NCBI GenBank assembly: GCA_977018835.1
Contig: OZ361256.1
Location: 2,542,001 to 2,606,000, forward strand
Source: Minutocellus sp. GHC0000111
Taxonomy: Eukaryota
Direction: 5' to 3'
Length of the DNA: 64,000 nt
Of the stretch, positions 43,014 through 53,531 are shown piece after piece. Each line of letters starts with the position of its first letter. The stretch's first letter is position 1. Under the pieces are notes generated by a model. It was given only the letters and a program-made list of their open reading frames with translations, ran no database searches and was not told the origin of the DNA. A program made the translations under genes and the position numbers.

Positions 43014-44078
43014 TCAAGGGAATCCTCGCCGCATGCATCTCGAGCCCCTGCAATTGCAGATATACTCTTCCTTCCAAATATACCCGTCCACGATCGAAAT
43101 ATCCCACCCGCATCGAATTGAAAGTGAAGGTGAATGTCGTGGCGGAGTGCGTGGCATTGGTGGCAGCAATGATGTCGACCGTTGTCTGGCCTCTTCCTCC
43201 ATGATGCAATCTGTGCATTGACGAATCAACCTCCTTCGATCCCACTCTACTCGCATAAATCTTGTCCTAGGTTTGCATTCATCGCAGCTGTAGCACCTCT
43301 TCGTTACTGGGGCCACCTGGTCAATGCAGAACTTGCAGCGTCTGCCCGTAGAATCGTCGAGGTACCACTGGTAGGGCGAAAACGCTTCCTTCGATTTGAA
43401 GGCTTGGCAGGCGATGCATTGCTTCTTAGTCCTGGTGCTAGGGTCGTTGTTGTGGGTCGATCGTGGCGTAGCTGCAGACGACGAGCGAGCAGTAGTGCTG
43501 GTAGTGGTGGTATTCGATCTATTTGCCCCCTTCTTTTTGGCACGAAGAGCAATCCAGGTCGGCCCGTCAGTGCCTTGTCGACCAGCGAGGCAATGGCAGG
43601 AATCGGCGGTGATGGTATCGCCGCTCCAACGATTGCACTCTGAAGCTGGTTCGTCGCAAAGCATACAATAGCATAAATCACAGGTCTTGGCATTCGTCTT
43701 AAGCGCTTGAATGGCCTCCTGCTCTCGTCCAGATGCTTTGAGTTGAAGAACGTCGCGAACAAAGCGGCGATTAGGACAGTCGTGCCGAGCGTGAGGAAGA
43801 CGGACAGCGTTGGTAGTGCCCATATCTTGGATCTCCTCATCACCGTCAGAACTTTCGTCCTCGGCGGGGGCACTGGCACTGTCCCCGTCATCTTGATGGT
43901 GGGTGCCGGCATAATTCTGGTTTGTACATGTACGAGTAGCAGCAACAACATTTTGATTTGAAGCAGCGGCCGCGGCTGATGCAGAAGTAGCTTGACCAGG
44001 CATCACCTCGATAACGCTGCCATCACTGCTGCCATCGCTACTATTGTCGATGACGATCAAAGGGATTGAGGTAGACAT
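43014..44078 (-). CDS. RIN13-like Cys/His-cluster protein with two Stc1-like CxxC..CxxC fingers (copy A)
   Basis: LPHARHDCP...CDLCYCMLCDEPASECNRW...CHCLA; CIACQAFKSKEAFSPYQW..RRCKFC and CYSC..KPRTRF...W...QCTDC. Confidence 0.65.
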   Translation of the reverse strand: MSTSIPLIVIDNSSDGSSDGSVIEVMPGQATSASAAAAASNQNVVAATRTCTNQNYAGTHHQDDGDSASAPAEDESSDGDEEIQDMGTTNAVRLPHARHDCPNRRFVRDVLQLKASGREQEAIQALKTNAKTCDLCYCMLCDEPASECNRWSGDTITADSCHCLAGRQGTDGPTWIALRAKKKGANRSNTTTTSTTARSSSAATPRSTHNNDPSTRTKKQCIACQAFKSKEAFSPYQWYLDDSTGRRCKFCIDQVAPVTKRCYSCDECKPRTRFMRVEWDRRRLIRQCTDCIMEEEARQRSTSLLPPMPRTPPRHSPSLSIRCGWDISIVDGYIWKEEYICNCRGSRCMRRGFP

Positions 44079-44502
44079 TGGAACGGCGGCGGGCGGTAGG
44101 ATTCCCACCGGCCTACTTCGATACTGCCTTCGCAGCAGCAGCGGAGTTGTGGTGGGCAGCTGGGTGGACGCTTTTTTCAAAGTTTTTTTGCGCAAATCGG
44201 CAGTTTGGTAAAATGTCTCGAACAAGACTTTTCAGCTCGCCAGATTTCTCAACTCCTGCGTCCAACCAATCGAACCATGGGAATTTCATATCTCACATAC
44301 CGGCGCAGCTTGCGTTACGCGACCGTGTCGGCGCACTCCGGCATCGGTACGCAAATGCGGGACTTGGCCTCGTTATCTCTTACTTTGCTCGCTCGCGCCC
44401 TTGACAAATATCATTGTAGTCCAAGCAAGGCAGGTCGGCACATCTTTCTTTCGCTCTTGATCGGTTTCAATTCTAGCTAGCTAGCTACCCCCATTGTAAT
44501 CG

Positions 44503-46797
44503 ATGGCCCGACATCATGCAGATGCTTCCTCGTGGCCTCTGTTCGCAAGTCTGGCGCTTCTCGCTGGTCGTCATTACACTTGGGCGCTTCATACAACAGG
44601 AATCGATGGCATTCAGCAGGACGTAGCAGCGGATAATGGATGGAGTGGCATCAACGTTTGGTATCTCCCAGAAGCGATTGCGAAGGTGACGGGGCATTCA
44701 CCAGTCGCCGAGTGGAGGGAACATCTCACTATGGACCCCCTCGGTGACCTTTTGCGCGTCGACAAAAATGATCAAGGAAGGACAGAATGGTGGCCTCCCA
44801 CCACCTGCCCGCACGGCAGTGCCATGCAGGTCGAATACTACGGGCACGAACAATGCATCGGCGTTGGTGAAGGCATTTGCAAGGATGGATGGCAGCTTGC
44901 CATTCGACAGGACGTCGATAACACATATCTGATGCTCCACAACGCTGACGGGGACAATGGGATCTACAAGTGGTTCCCTGGTGCCACTCAGTTGTGCATT
45001 GGCGAGAAATATCCCAATGTGGCATATCTTCGTGTTGACTATGATGGCGGACAGTATTTTCTCATCGGTCCTAAAAATGAAAGCGACGATAATCACGCAA
45101 AGCTTGAATTTGTGGCTAGTGGAGAGACGCAACACGCGAAAGGTGATGTCGTTGTTGCATTCCAGGGCGGTACTGACAGTGACACGGCCCTCTGGCAGAT
45201 ATTTGCCAATGGCATTTCTAATATCAACAACGAGGCCCTCTGGTATCCCGTTCAGAGCTCGAGTCAAACAGAGTTTCTGTCTGGCATGCCCAGTGCGAGA
45301 CCGACCGATAGTCCGTCGGGGATCCCGACATATACACCAAGTGAATCTTTTTCATCTTCAATGACAACGAAATCTCCTTCCTCCGAGCCTTCGAGAATGC
45401 ACACAGCGAGCCCGATGGCTCATCCCAGTCCATTGCCCTCCCCAAAACCATCTCTCAGAGCAATACATGTATCTACCGATCTACCAGCTATTTCTGAGGT
45501 GGCAGGATACGAAATAGAGCTGACGACGGTAAAGGATGATTGGATTTGGACTCGCGATTATTCGAAATGCGGTCGTCGACTAGGAAAAGAGGACTTAGGC
45601 AAGGAGGATCCTGCAGCGGCCAAAGAGAAAGGGCGCCGCTGGGGATTGAAAAAGAAGTTTCAGGGTGATGCCAGTAGTACTGAAAAGAAAGATGAGGAGA
45701 CTGGCGACGATACAGACCGAGGCATAGCTTACAGAGTCGCTGAAAGGAAGAAAAAGGCTGATGATGAAGAGATGAAAACATCGAAGAGAGACTTTGATAT
45801 TTACGATGGCGAAATCGAAGTAGATCAGATCAAGGATGTGAAGAAGACATGCACACCAAAAGCTATCCCCGTTGCTAGGCAATCAACAACACTAATGGCA
45901 GAAAAGCAGAAATGTCCCTCCAAAGCTTGTCCATTCGGTGGGCCGAATGTCATTGCTCCATTAGATGGGAAAATAATCTCAGAAAGCAGTGGTATATGCG
46001 CTAGCCGAATCAATCCAAACGTCATTTGGACTCTCAACGACTTTAGGAACCAGCCCATTCTCTATGCCGTTGATTCCATCGATGGTTCAGTGAGGCAATA
46101 CCCCATCACCAATGGCAACAATTATGACTATGAAGACATTGCGTGTGGGATAGGCCCGATTCCACATGTCGCATATATTTATGTGGCAGACATCGGCGAC
46201 AACTTGGCAAGGCGCGGCACTACTTACTTCTTTGGACTGAAAAAGTGGTTTCCAGTTGTTATCTACCGCATGCGAGAGCCGAACCTATCTACCCTCGAAG
46301 CTTCGGAGCTGACTCAGTGGGATAAACTACAGCTCGAATATCCCGATGGAACCCACAACGCCGAAGCTATGATGATTGATCCTGTTTCGAAAAGGATATT
46401 CATAATTACAAAGTCAAGCGGAACGATTTGGATGACCCCGAAAGAGTGGGGGGCAGGGCACGCAAAGATGACGCTCGAAATGGTAGGCAGTATTAAGAAA
46501 ATGCCCAACCCGTTGACTGCGATTGATATAAGTCCTGACGGAAAGGAGATTGTTGTACAGTTTTACAATTCAATCCACTATTTTTGCATGGGCAGCCGGC
46601 AGTACGATAATCCAGAAGATTCCTGGCAAGATATTGCGAATGTGCTTGCAAACGTGGATGGGATTAAGGTACCATACATAGAGGAGCCACAAGGAGAGGC
46701 GGTCTGTTTTGGGCAGAGTTTTGACGGCGGTATTTTCACCTTGTCCGAATCTCAGGGCATGGAGCTCATTCCTCTCCTTCACTACGAGAGGCTTTAG
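44503..46797 (+). CDS. Secreted modular protein: Cys-rich domain, PS linker, bacterial-type beta-propeller (copy A, intact)
   Basis: Signal peptide; ESSGICAS..NPNVIWTLND, DYEDIACG, YVADIGDN, YPDG.HNAEAM.IDP and EPQGEAVCF blade motifs. Confidence 0.75.
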   Translation: MARHHADASSWPLFASLALLAGRHYTWALHTTGIDGIQQDVAADNGWSGINVWYLPEAIAKVTGHSPVAEWREHLTMDPLGDLLRVDKNDQGRTEWWPPTTCPHGSAMQVEYYGHEQCIGVGEGICKDGWQLAIRQDVDNTYLMLHNADGDNGIYKWFPGATQLCIGEKYPNVAYLRVDYDGGQYFLIGPKNESDDNHAKLEFVASGETQHAKGDVVVAFQGGTDSDTALWQIFANGISNINNEALWYPVQSSSQTEFLSGMPSARPTDSPSGIPTYTPSESFSSSMTTKSPSSEPSRMHTASPMAHPSPLPSPKPSLRAIHVSTDLPAISEVAGYEIELTTVKDDWIWTRDYSKCGRRLGKEDLGKEDPAAAKEKGRRWGLKKKFQGDASSTEKKDEETGDDTDRGIAYRVAERKKKADDEEMKTSKRDFDIYDGEIEVDQIKDVKKTCTPKAIPVARQSTTLMAEKQKCPSKACPFGGPNVIAPLDGKIISESSGICASRINPNVIWTLNDFRNQPILYAVDSIDGSVRQYPITNGNNYDYEDIACGIGPIPHVAYIYVADIGDNLARRGTTYFFGLKKWFPVVIYRMREPNLSTLEASELTQWDKLQLEYPDGTHNAEAMMIDPVSKRIFIITKSSGTIWMTPKEWGAGHAKMTLEMVGSIKKMPNPLTAIDISPDGKEIVVQFYNSIHYFCMGSRQYDNPEDSWQDIANVLANVDGIKVPYIEEPQGEAVCFGQSFDGGIFTLSESQGMELIPLLHYERL

Positions 46798-47499
46798 AGT
46801 GGTGGTGTCGTCCCGCTAAATACCTAGGTATACATGTAGCTTAAATCTATCTATCATAGTTCCCATCATGCCAAAGTAGTCAGGGAGATTCGAGAAAATG
46901 GCACAGAAAAATGCCGTTTCCCCAATTCCGACAAAGTAGCGATATCTTGTGCTGTGGTGTACCGCTGAAGCTGTTCGAAAGCTTACCACGCTTGGAATAC
47001 TACCAGGAACTAGTTTATGCCGTCGGCCCGTGGCTGTGGGCGTGCGAAGTAGGTTTCCTCGGGCCTTTAGAGTAATAGAGTAGAATCTAGTAGTGCCAAG
47101 CTTGCTTCTAGAGCTTCTCTGACAAAAATGGAATATTTCAGCTGCAAGCTACCGGTACGTAGATCTACAAAAATCTTGTATCGATGAGGAGTCGAGTCAT
47201 CGAGTCCATTCATCGTCGCGTCGGCAATCCAGCTGCTCGGCGCGACTCACTCGACAAAATCGCGCCGGCCCGCCCTGTGAGTTGTCTCGTTGGACACGCC
47301 AACCAAGAAAAAGTGTTTTAGCTCTCAAGCTCAAAATCGCCAGATTTGCGGCAAAGGAAAGGATTTGCGGCAAATTACTCGCTGGCAAGTAACTCGCGTG
47401 ATATGAGATACATGTAGCCGACCGTCGTCCTCGTTAGGGGAACCAAAAGGAAGACACACGAAGAGCTACTAACGTACATGTAGCTAAGGGCTTGGCGTG

Positions 47500-50124
47500 A
47501 TGGCTCGATGTGGTGTTGCGGCCTCGTGGCTTGGCGCGGTTTGGTTGGCGCTCATACCCAGCAGCAGCGTCTGGGCGCTTACCGGTACAGGAGAGGGCAT
47601 TGGGGCAGAACGCGATGGTGGGGGAAGTGATGGCGATGGGATCGGCTCTACTTCTACTTTTCCTGGGGACAGCGCAAGTAGTGATTGGTCTGTCTTAGCA
47701 GCCGCTGCACAAACGACCGGGCAAGAGCCGATTGACGGGTTGTGGAAGGAGAATCTCCTCAAGGATGCCTCTACTAGTATCGACGACAGAGACAAATGGA
47801 AGGAATTTCTCTTCACAAACCCGGTTCAAGTGGAAGCTGACGATGTCGATGATTCACCACTGGCCAAGGCCGGAAAGGGGGCGGCAAAAGGAGTGCTGCT
47901 GGGGGAAGCCGATGCTTCAATCGACGACAGCGACACCTGGAAGGATTACCTCTTTGTAAATCCGATCGAAGCGGAAGGTGGCGGCGACGAAACTTCGACA
48001 CCGGGCAAGGCCGAAAAGGATCCGACAGAAGGAGTGCTGATAGGAGAAACCGACGCGTCGTGGAGTATTCTAGAAAGTACTCCCAGCTCGAAACCACACA
48101 CAAACGTTCCCAGCTCAGAGCCTTCGAATAGTCCAATTTCACGCCCAAGCGAAGTGGATGGCGGCGACAGCGACGCTTTGCCATTGGCCAAAGCTGAAAA
48201 AGAGGGACCAGAAGGAGTTCTGACGGGAGAAATCAATGCTCCCTGGAGTATTTCGATGAATACTCCAACTACCTGCCCGTACGGTGGATCCATGGATGTC
48301 GAAAGCTATGGCGAGGAGAAATGTATCAGCTTTGGTCAGGCTATCTGCAAAAATGGCTGGCGAATTGGCATCAGTCACCAAGTTGATAACACGTATCTGA
48401 TGCTCTGGAGGGAGGATCAACCTTCGTACCCTGTGTTTAGGTGGTTCCCCGGCGCCTCCCAAATGTGCATCGGAGAACAGTATCCTAATGTATCATATCT
48501 TCGTGTTGTACATGATGATTGCGAGCATTATCTGGTCGGCCCTGGTGCTGGGAGGCCAGGGGACCTTGCTCGCCTCAAGATAGTGGAGGGCTCGCAGAAT
48601 TATAGGTCTGGGGATGTAATAGTCAAGTTTCGGGATGGTCCAGGTGATCACAATGCTCTGTGGCACATTTTCGCCGATGGACACGCAAGGACAAGCTATG
48701 ACACATTTTGGCACCACAATCCATGCGAAACAGCAAAACCTACCACAAGCCCGGCTGACATCTTGGTGCGGGGACCGTCGGACAAGCTTAGCGATGCACT
48801 GGAGGATGTTGCGCCAACGAGAACCCCAACACTCGAATCGGACCATCCAACCCAAAGTCCTATTGCAGCGCCGGTATCTAACCCACCGACAATGGCTCCA
48901 TCTTCCTCTCCTGTATCGACTTCTCCCACAGCCACCCCCAGTAGTTGGCCTACTACGACCGAACCAACGGCTGGGCCTATAAAAGGTCCAAGTACTGCAC
49001 CGGTATCCAATCCACCGACCCAAGGCCCATCGTTTTTACCCTCGAGTACTCCCTCTTCTGACCCTAGTGTTTTGGCGTCAAGCGTCCCCTCTCGAACATT
49101 GAGCTCACACCCATCCTCCCAACCAAGCGAAGTATTTTCAAGCATTCCATCTTTGAATCCAAGTGATTCACCCACCACGACGATATCAAACAATCCAACG
49201 TTTCTCTCGTCGTCTGTGCCGTCATTGGGCCCAAGTGGCAAGCCATCGGCAAGTTTCAGTTCCATGCCGACGTCGGCTCCATCAAATGTCGCCTCTTCCC
49301 AAAGCCCGAGCACACCACCGCCCTCTCTGGGGCCGACGGCAAACAGTTCCAGTCTTCCCTCCACAAGTCCAACTCCTCAACCCACTCCATCGCGGACGGC
49401 CAAACCTTCTTTTAGAATCGCCCCTGCCGATTCTCAACTAAACGCCGAGCCAGCTGGATATGAATTGGCCATGACAGCGCCAAAGGAAGAGTGGATCTGG
49501 ACTCGCGACTACTCCAGTTGCAACCACAGGCTTAAATGTTATGACGAAAGATACTTCTCAGGTCGCTTACTATTAAATCCAATCATCATCTACCGCATCC
49601 GTGAGCCCAACCTGTCTTCACTCCAAGATTCGAATTTGACACGGTGGGAGAAATTGAAGCTCGAGTACCCCGACGGGCCTCATAATGCCGAAGCCTTGAT
49701 GATAGACCCTGTCTCGCGAAGGATATTTATCCTCACCAAGTCGAGCGGGACGATTTGGATGACGCCGGAGCCATGGGGGGCTGGACCTGCAAGGGTGACC
49801 CTCACAAAGGTTGGTAGCATCAAGACGATGCCCGATCTGTTGACTGGAATCGACATTAGCCCAGACGGGAAGGAGATTGTTGTGAAGTTTTACAATTCCA
49901 TTCACTATTTTTGCATGGGCAGCCGGAAGTACGATAAGCCAGAAGATTCCTGGCAAGACATTGTGGATGTTCTGACGATGGACGACGGCATAGAGGTACC
50001 TTACATAGAGGAGCCACAAGGAGAGGCGGTCTGTTTTGGGCAGAATTTTGACGACGGTATCTTCACCTTGTCCGAATCTCAGGGAAGACCGCTCATCCCC
50101 CTCATTCATCACGTGCGTCTATAG
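47500..50124 (+). CDS. Secreted modular protein, copy B (N-terminal acidic repeats; first half of the propeller deleted in frame)
   Basis: Shares the CPYG..WFPGA.Q.CIG..YPN domain and the C-terminal propeller half with copy A, but jumps from WTRDYSSC..RL to IIYRIREPNL within about 20 codons. Confidence 0.7.
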   Translation: MARCGVAASWLGAVWLALIPSSSVWALTGTGEGIGAERDGGGSDGDGIGSTSTFPGDSASSDWSVLAAAAQTTGQEPIDGLWKENLLKDASTSIDDRDKWKEFLFTNPVQVEADDVDDSPLAKAGKGAAKGVLLGEADASIDDSDTWKDYLFVNPIEAEGGGDETSTPGKAEKDPTEGVLIGETDASWSILESTPSSKPHTNVPSSEPSNSPISRPSEVDGGDSDALPLAKAEKEGPEGVLTGEINAPWSISMNTPTTCPYGGSMDVESYGEEKCISFGQAICKNGWRIGISHQVDNTYLMLWREDQPSYPVFRWFPGASQMCIGEQYPNVSYLRVVHDDCEHYLVGPGAGRPGDLARLKIVEGSQNYRSGDVIVKFRDGPGDHNALWHIFADGHARTSYDTFWHHNPCETAKPTTSPADILVRGPSDKLSDALEDVAPTRTPTLESDHPTQSPIAAPVSNPPTMAPSSSPVSTSPTATPSSWPTTTEPTAGPIKGPSTAPVSNPPTQGPSFLPSSTPSSDPSVLASSVPSRTLSSHPSSQPSEVFSSIPSLNPSDSPTTTISNNPTFLSSSVPSLGPSGKPSASFSSMPTSAPSNVASSQSPSTPPPSLGPTANSSSLPSTSPTPQPTPSRTAKPSFRIAPADSQLNAEPAGYELAMTAPKEEWIWTRDYSSCNHRLKCYDERYFSGRLLLNPIIIYRIREPNLSSLQDSNLTRWEKLKLEYPDGPHNAEALMIDPVSRRIFILTKSSGTIWMTPEPWGAGPARVTLTKVGSIKTMPDLLTGIDISPDGKEIVVKFYNSIHYFCMGSRKYDKPEDSWQDIVDVLTMDDGIEVPYIEEPQGEAVCFGQNFDDGIFTLSESQGRPLIPLIHHVRL

Positions 50125-50208
50125 ATTTGGACATAAATACAATGAGGTAAATTCAAGCTAGCTACATACAATTTATTTAGTTTCATCCCATCTGTTTCAC
50201 TTATTGCA

Positions 50209-52958
50209 TTATGACCATATTGAGCGTTCAAAAGGATCGTCACTATCCACTGATCTTGACCTCCTTTTTCCACTGCCTCTTTCCGAGGTCCATTCATCAT
50301 GTCTCTGAGTACTAGTATTGGTAGCAGGCATGAAGCTGTTGTTTTCGTTGTTGGAGGCAATTTCAGCTGAAGTGGTGGCCATCCATGCTGGTCGAACCCC
50401 GGCTCTTCCCCTACCCCGAGCAGGAATGCCATCAGAATTCAAGGTGCCGACATATGGACCTGGCTGAGAGCTAACATACAAAACAGCAGCAGCAGCAGGA
50501 GGAGGCTGAACCGGGGCGGAAGACGGCGCCGACCCCGAACCGTCCATCGTATCGAATGGTAGGCCCGTGTTTGTAATCCAAGCTGGTAGCGTCCGAGCCC
50601 TGCCCCGGCCTTTACCTCTTCCCCTATTGTGGGCTGAAGGATTTGGGCGTACTTGCACCACGCTGGCTCTTCCCTGATTGCCAGCGCGGCGATATCCGCC
50701 ATTGGATCTACGTTGCTCATTCATATAAGACTCAAAGGCAGCTCGTTGGTCCAGATCTAAAGAGCCGGTGGAAGCAGCGACCGAGATCGGGTTTGGGCCA
50801 GCACCACGACCTCCGCCATTGGATCCGCGCTGCTCAGCCACATAAGCCCTGAAGGCAGCTCTTTGATCCAGGCTGGTGGAAGCAGCTACCGAGGTCGGAG
50901 CTGGAACAGGTGAGGCCACGATGGGAGCCGGGGCCGGAGTATTGCCTCGAGTCATCCATGCTGGAAGATTGACCTGTCGCCCTCGTCCACGACTACAAGA
51001 ACTTCCACTCTGAGGGGGCACCACAACGGACGGCGGGATGGAAGCTTCCGGTACGGCAGCCTGTGCCATGACAACCGCTTCGGCAATGGCCGCTACGTCG
51101 AAGTTTAATGCTCGAGCGGCTTGGTTAGTTTGGCTTGGAGAATTCCTTTCCGAATTTCTGAAATATTCATTTTCATGCCTTGCCTGGGATTCCTTTCGCC
51201 TGATCTGTGTTCTATACTCATCGAAGCCATCACCGGCGAAAATGGTGGTGAGCGATGACGGCGGCGAGTTCGATTATCATGAGTCCCATCCGACCTTGAT
51301 ATTGGACTTCGGCTCCTGTACCTCCTGTGCCTTTCTCTACTAGAACTCCGGCTCCTACTTCGTCTTGATCGGGAGTAGGAATACGGATCATCGTGCGCTC
51401 GATCGTGTCTATCGTCTCTTCTCCGTTTGGTCCTTACCGAGCTTCTCGATCCACTTCGACTCCGCCGCCTTCTGTACTTGTCCCTATTTCCCCCCTCACT
51501 GCTGCTCCTACTGGAGCTTCTGCTTCTTCTCTGGCTTCTACGGTGATACTCCGAACTGCCGGGATCATTGCGATGCCTCCCGCGGTGGCTATCACCATGC
51601 GCAAGATCTCGATATCGAAATCGGTCGCGTCCATCTTTATCATCGTCGTCATCTTTTCTTCTCCGTCGGTCCCTACCCGCACCTTTCGACCTACTTCGAC
51701 TCCTGCCCCCACTCTTGGAGGAGGAGGATGGCACATCTGGGGCAGTTCTGTCGGCCCTTTGAGACCTACGAGCAGCTTCTGGCGATCGGCCCGAACCACG
51801 TCTCGATGAAGCACCGGATGAAGCACCGGCAACATCATGGTCCGATCTGCCATCGTTAATTCGTCTTCTCCGCCGGGCCCTCTCTCTACTTCTCTATCTG
51901 CTTCGACTCCTACTAGGCCTACGTCTCCCGAACAAGGCGCTGATTCGTTCAGCATGTAAGTTTGATAATGACCAGGTCGTGGCGGTACCGGCACTAGTAC
52001 CACCCATGACATCCAATCCAGGTGATCGAGGTGGCGGCTGCGACGTTGGCCGTCTGCTTTCCCATCTATTTCGTGCCACTGGCCTACCACGAGCCACCTC
52101 CGGCGATTGGCCCGAAGACAACCTCGGTGATGCTCTGGCAGCAGAAGCAGAAGCAGCGGCACCAGCACCACCACCTGTCAAATCAACAGCCCCTCTCGCA
52201 TGATGCCTTACAGATGACGACGACGATGATGATTCAGCACGTGTAGATCTGTTCGATCTACGAGACCTCGTAGAACTAGATCCACCAGCTAGATTTTGAT
52301 TGCTGGTACCGGTATTCCCCTGATTATTACCGGTGCCAGCGCTGGCATTCCCTTGCTGCTTTTGCTTCTGCTGATCCTGCTGCTTTTGTTTCTGCATGTC
52401 CTTCCTCATACCGACCCACAGCGTTTCATTGGCACCCTTGCAACTGGCCAGGCAGTGACACGACGCGGCCGTCATGGAACTGGCAAATTCCACGCTGCTC
52501 TGGCTGCTCTGGTCACTGCCACTGCCACTGCCAACACCGATCGACCAGCTCGGACATTCCGACGCCACGCAGTCGCAAACGAAGCAGAAGCACATGTCGC
52601 ATGTGGTGGCGTTGGTGGCCAAATCTCTGCGGGCGGTGGCAATCAATACCGATCGGAATCCGGGAGTGTTCCGGAAGCTGTGCAGGACGTCGGGCACAAA
52701 GGCGTGGTGAGTGCAATCGTGCCGGGCGTGCGGCAGGCGGAGGGCGTTGGTCGTTCCCATGTCTTGAATGTCGTCGTCACCGTCAGCGTGTTCATTATCG
52801 TCTTTGAGACGGGCATCGGTTGCTGATCGAGTAGACGCCGCTTCAGCAGCAGCAGCAGCAGCAGCAGCAGGATTGGCAACGACCTCGACGACGCTGTCAT
52901 CCCCGTCGCTGCCGTCGCTGCTATCGTCGATCACGATCAAAGGGACGGAGGGAGACAT
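50209..52958 (-). pseudogene. RIN13-like Cys/His-cluster protein copy B with RS-rich middle and GRG..PAW repeats; in-frame TAG at 51894-51896 and probable frameshift at 51239-51242
   Basis: ORF 51894-52958 continues in frame past the TAG (SRSRSR*RSRERARRR) into ORF 51105-51734. Adding one base in the T4 run joins it to the frame of ORF 50209-51069 (FAGDGFDEYRTQ...MAQAAVP). Confidence 0.55.
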
Positions 52959-53531
52959 GATGGTCAGCTATTCATTCACGTGCATGTACGTTGGAACTAG
53001 CGAGGGCGCGCTGGTGCTGCCATTACTCTAAACAGCGGAGTCACAGGCATCGGCGGAACTGCAAGTAATGATCCATGCTCTTGCAATTTTTCGTTCTCGG
53101 GCCCGCCGTTCCGGCGCGCGCCCGGCCCATATTCGTCTGTCCGCCACACCTTGAATCCGACAGATGTCTTGAACAAGAAAAACTCCAGTGGAAGGAAAAG
53201 GCCCCCATGGAGCGCAAATCAAACAATTTGCTTATGAAGGCCTCGCCAGCAGATTGATGCATTCGCTAACTGATCAACGCATAGAGTACTTGCTCGCTGT
53301 GTCGGTTGGGCAGATATTCGATTCAGTTTCGCCGTGTCTTCGGCAGTTTAGCCGGATATTCGATTCATAACGACGTCTCGTTATCTCTTACTTTGTGTCT
53401 ACCACACAAGCATCGACGCATGCTAAAACGCCTCCACCAACCTCTTTCCCACCTTTTGTGCTTTGTTGATTGGGTTCGATTCCATTCTAGTCAGCCCAGA
53501 TTAAATTGATTTGCACAGTACACATCGATCG

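Noticed and set aside
48840..49400. PSxxPS/PT low-complexity tracts as a novel repeat
   Set aside because: Common linker in diatom secreted proteins; covered by the gene calls.
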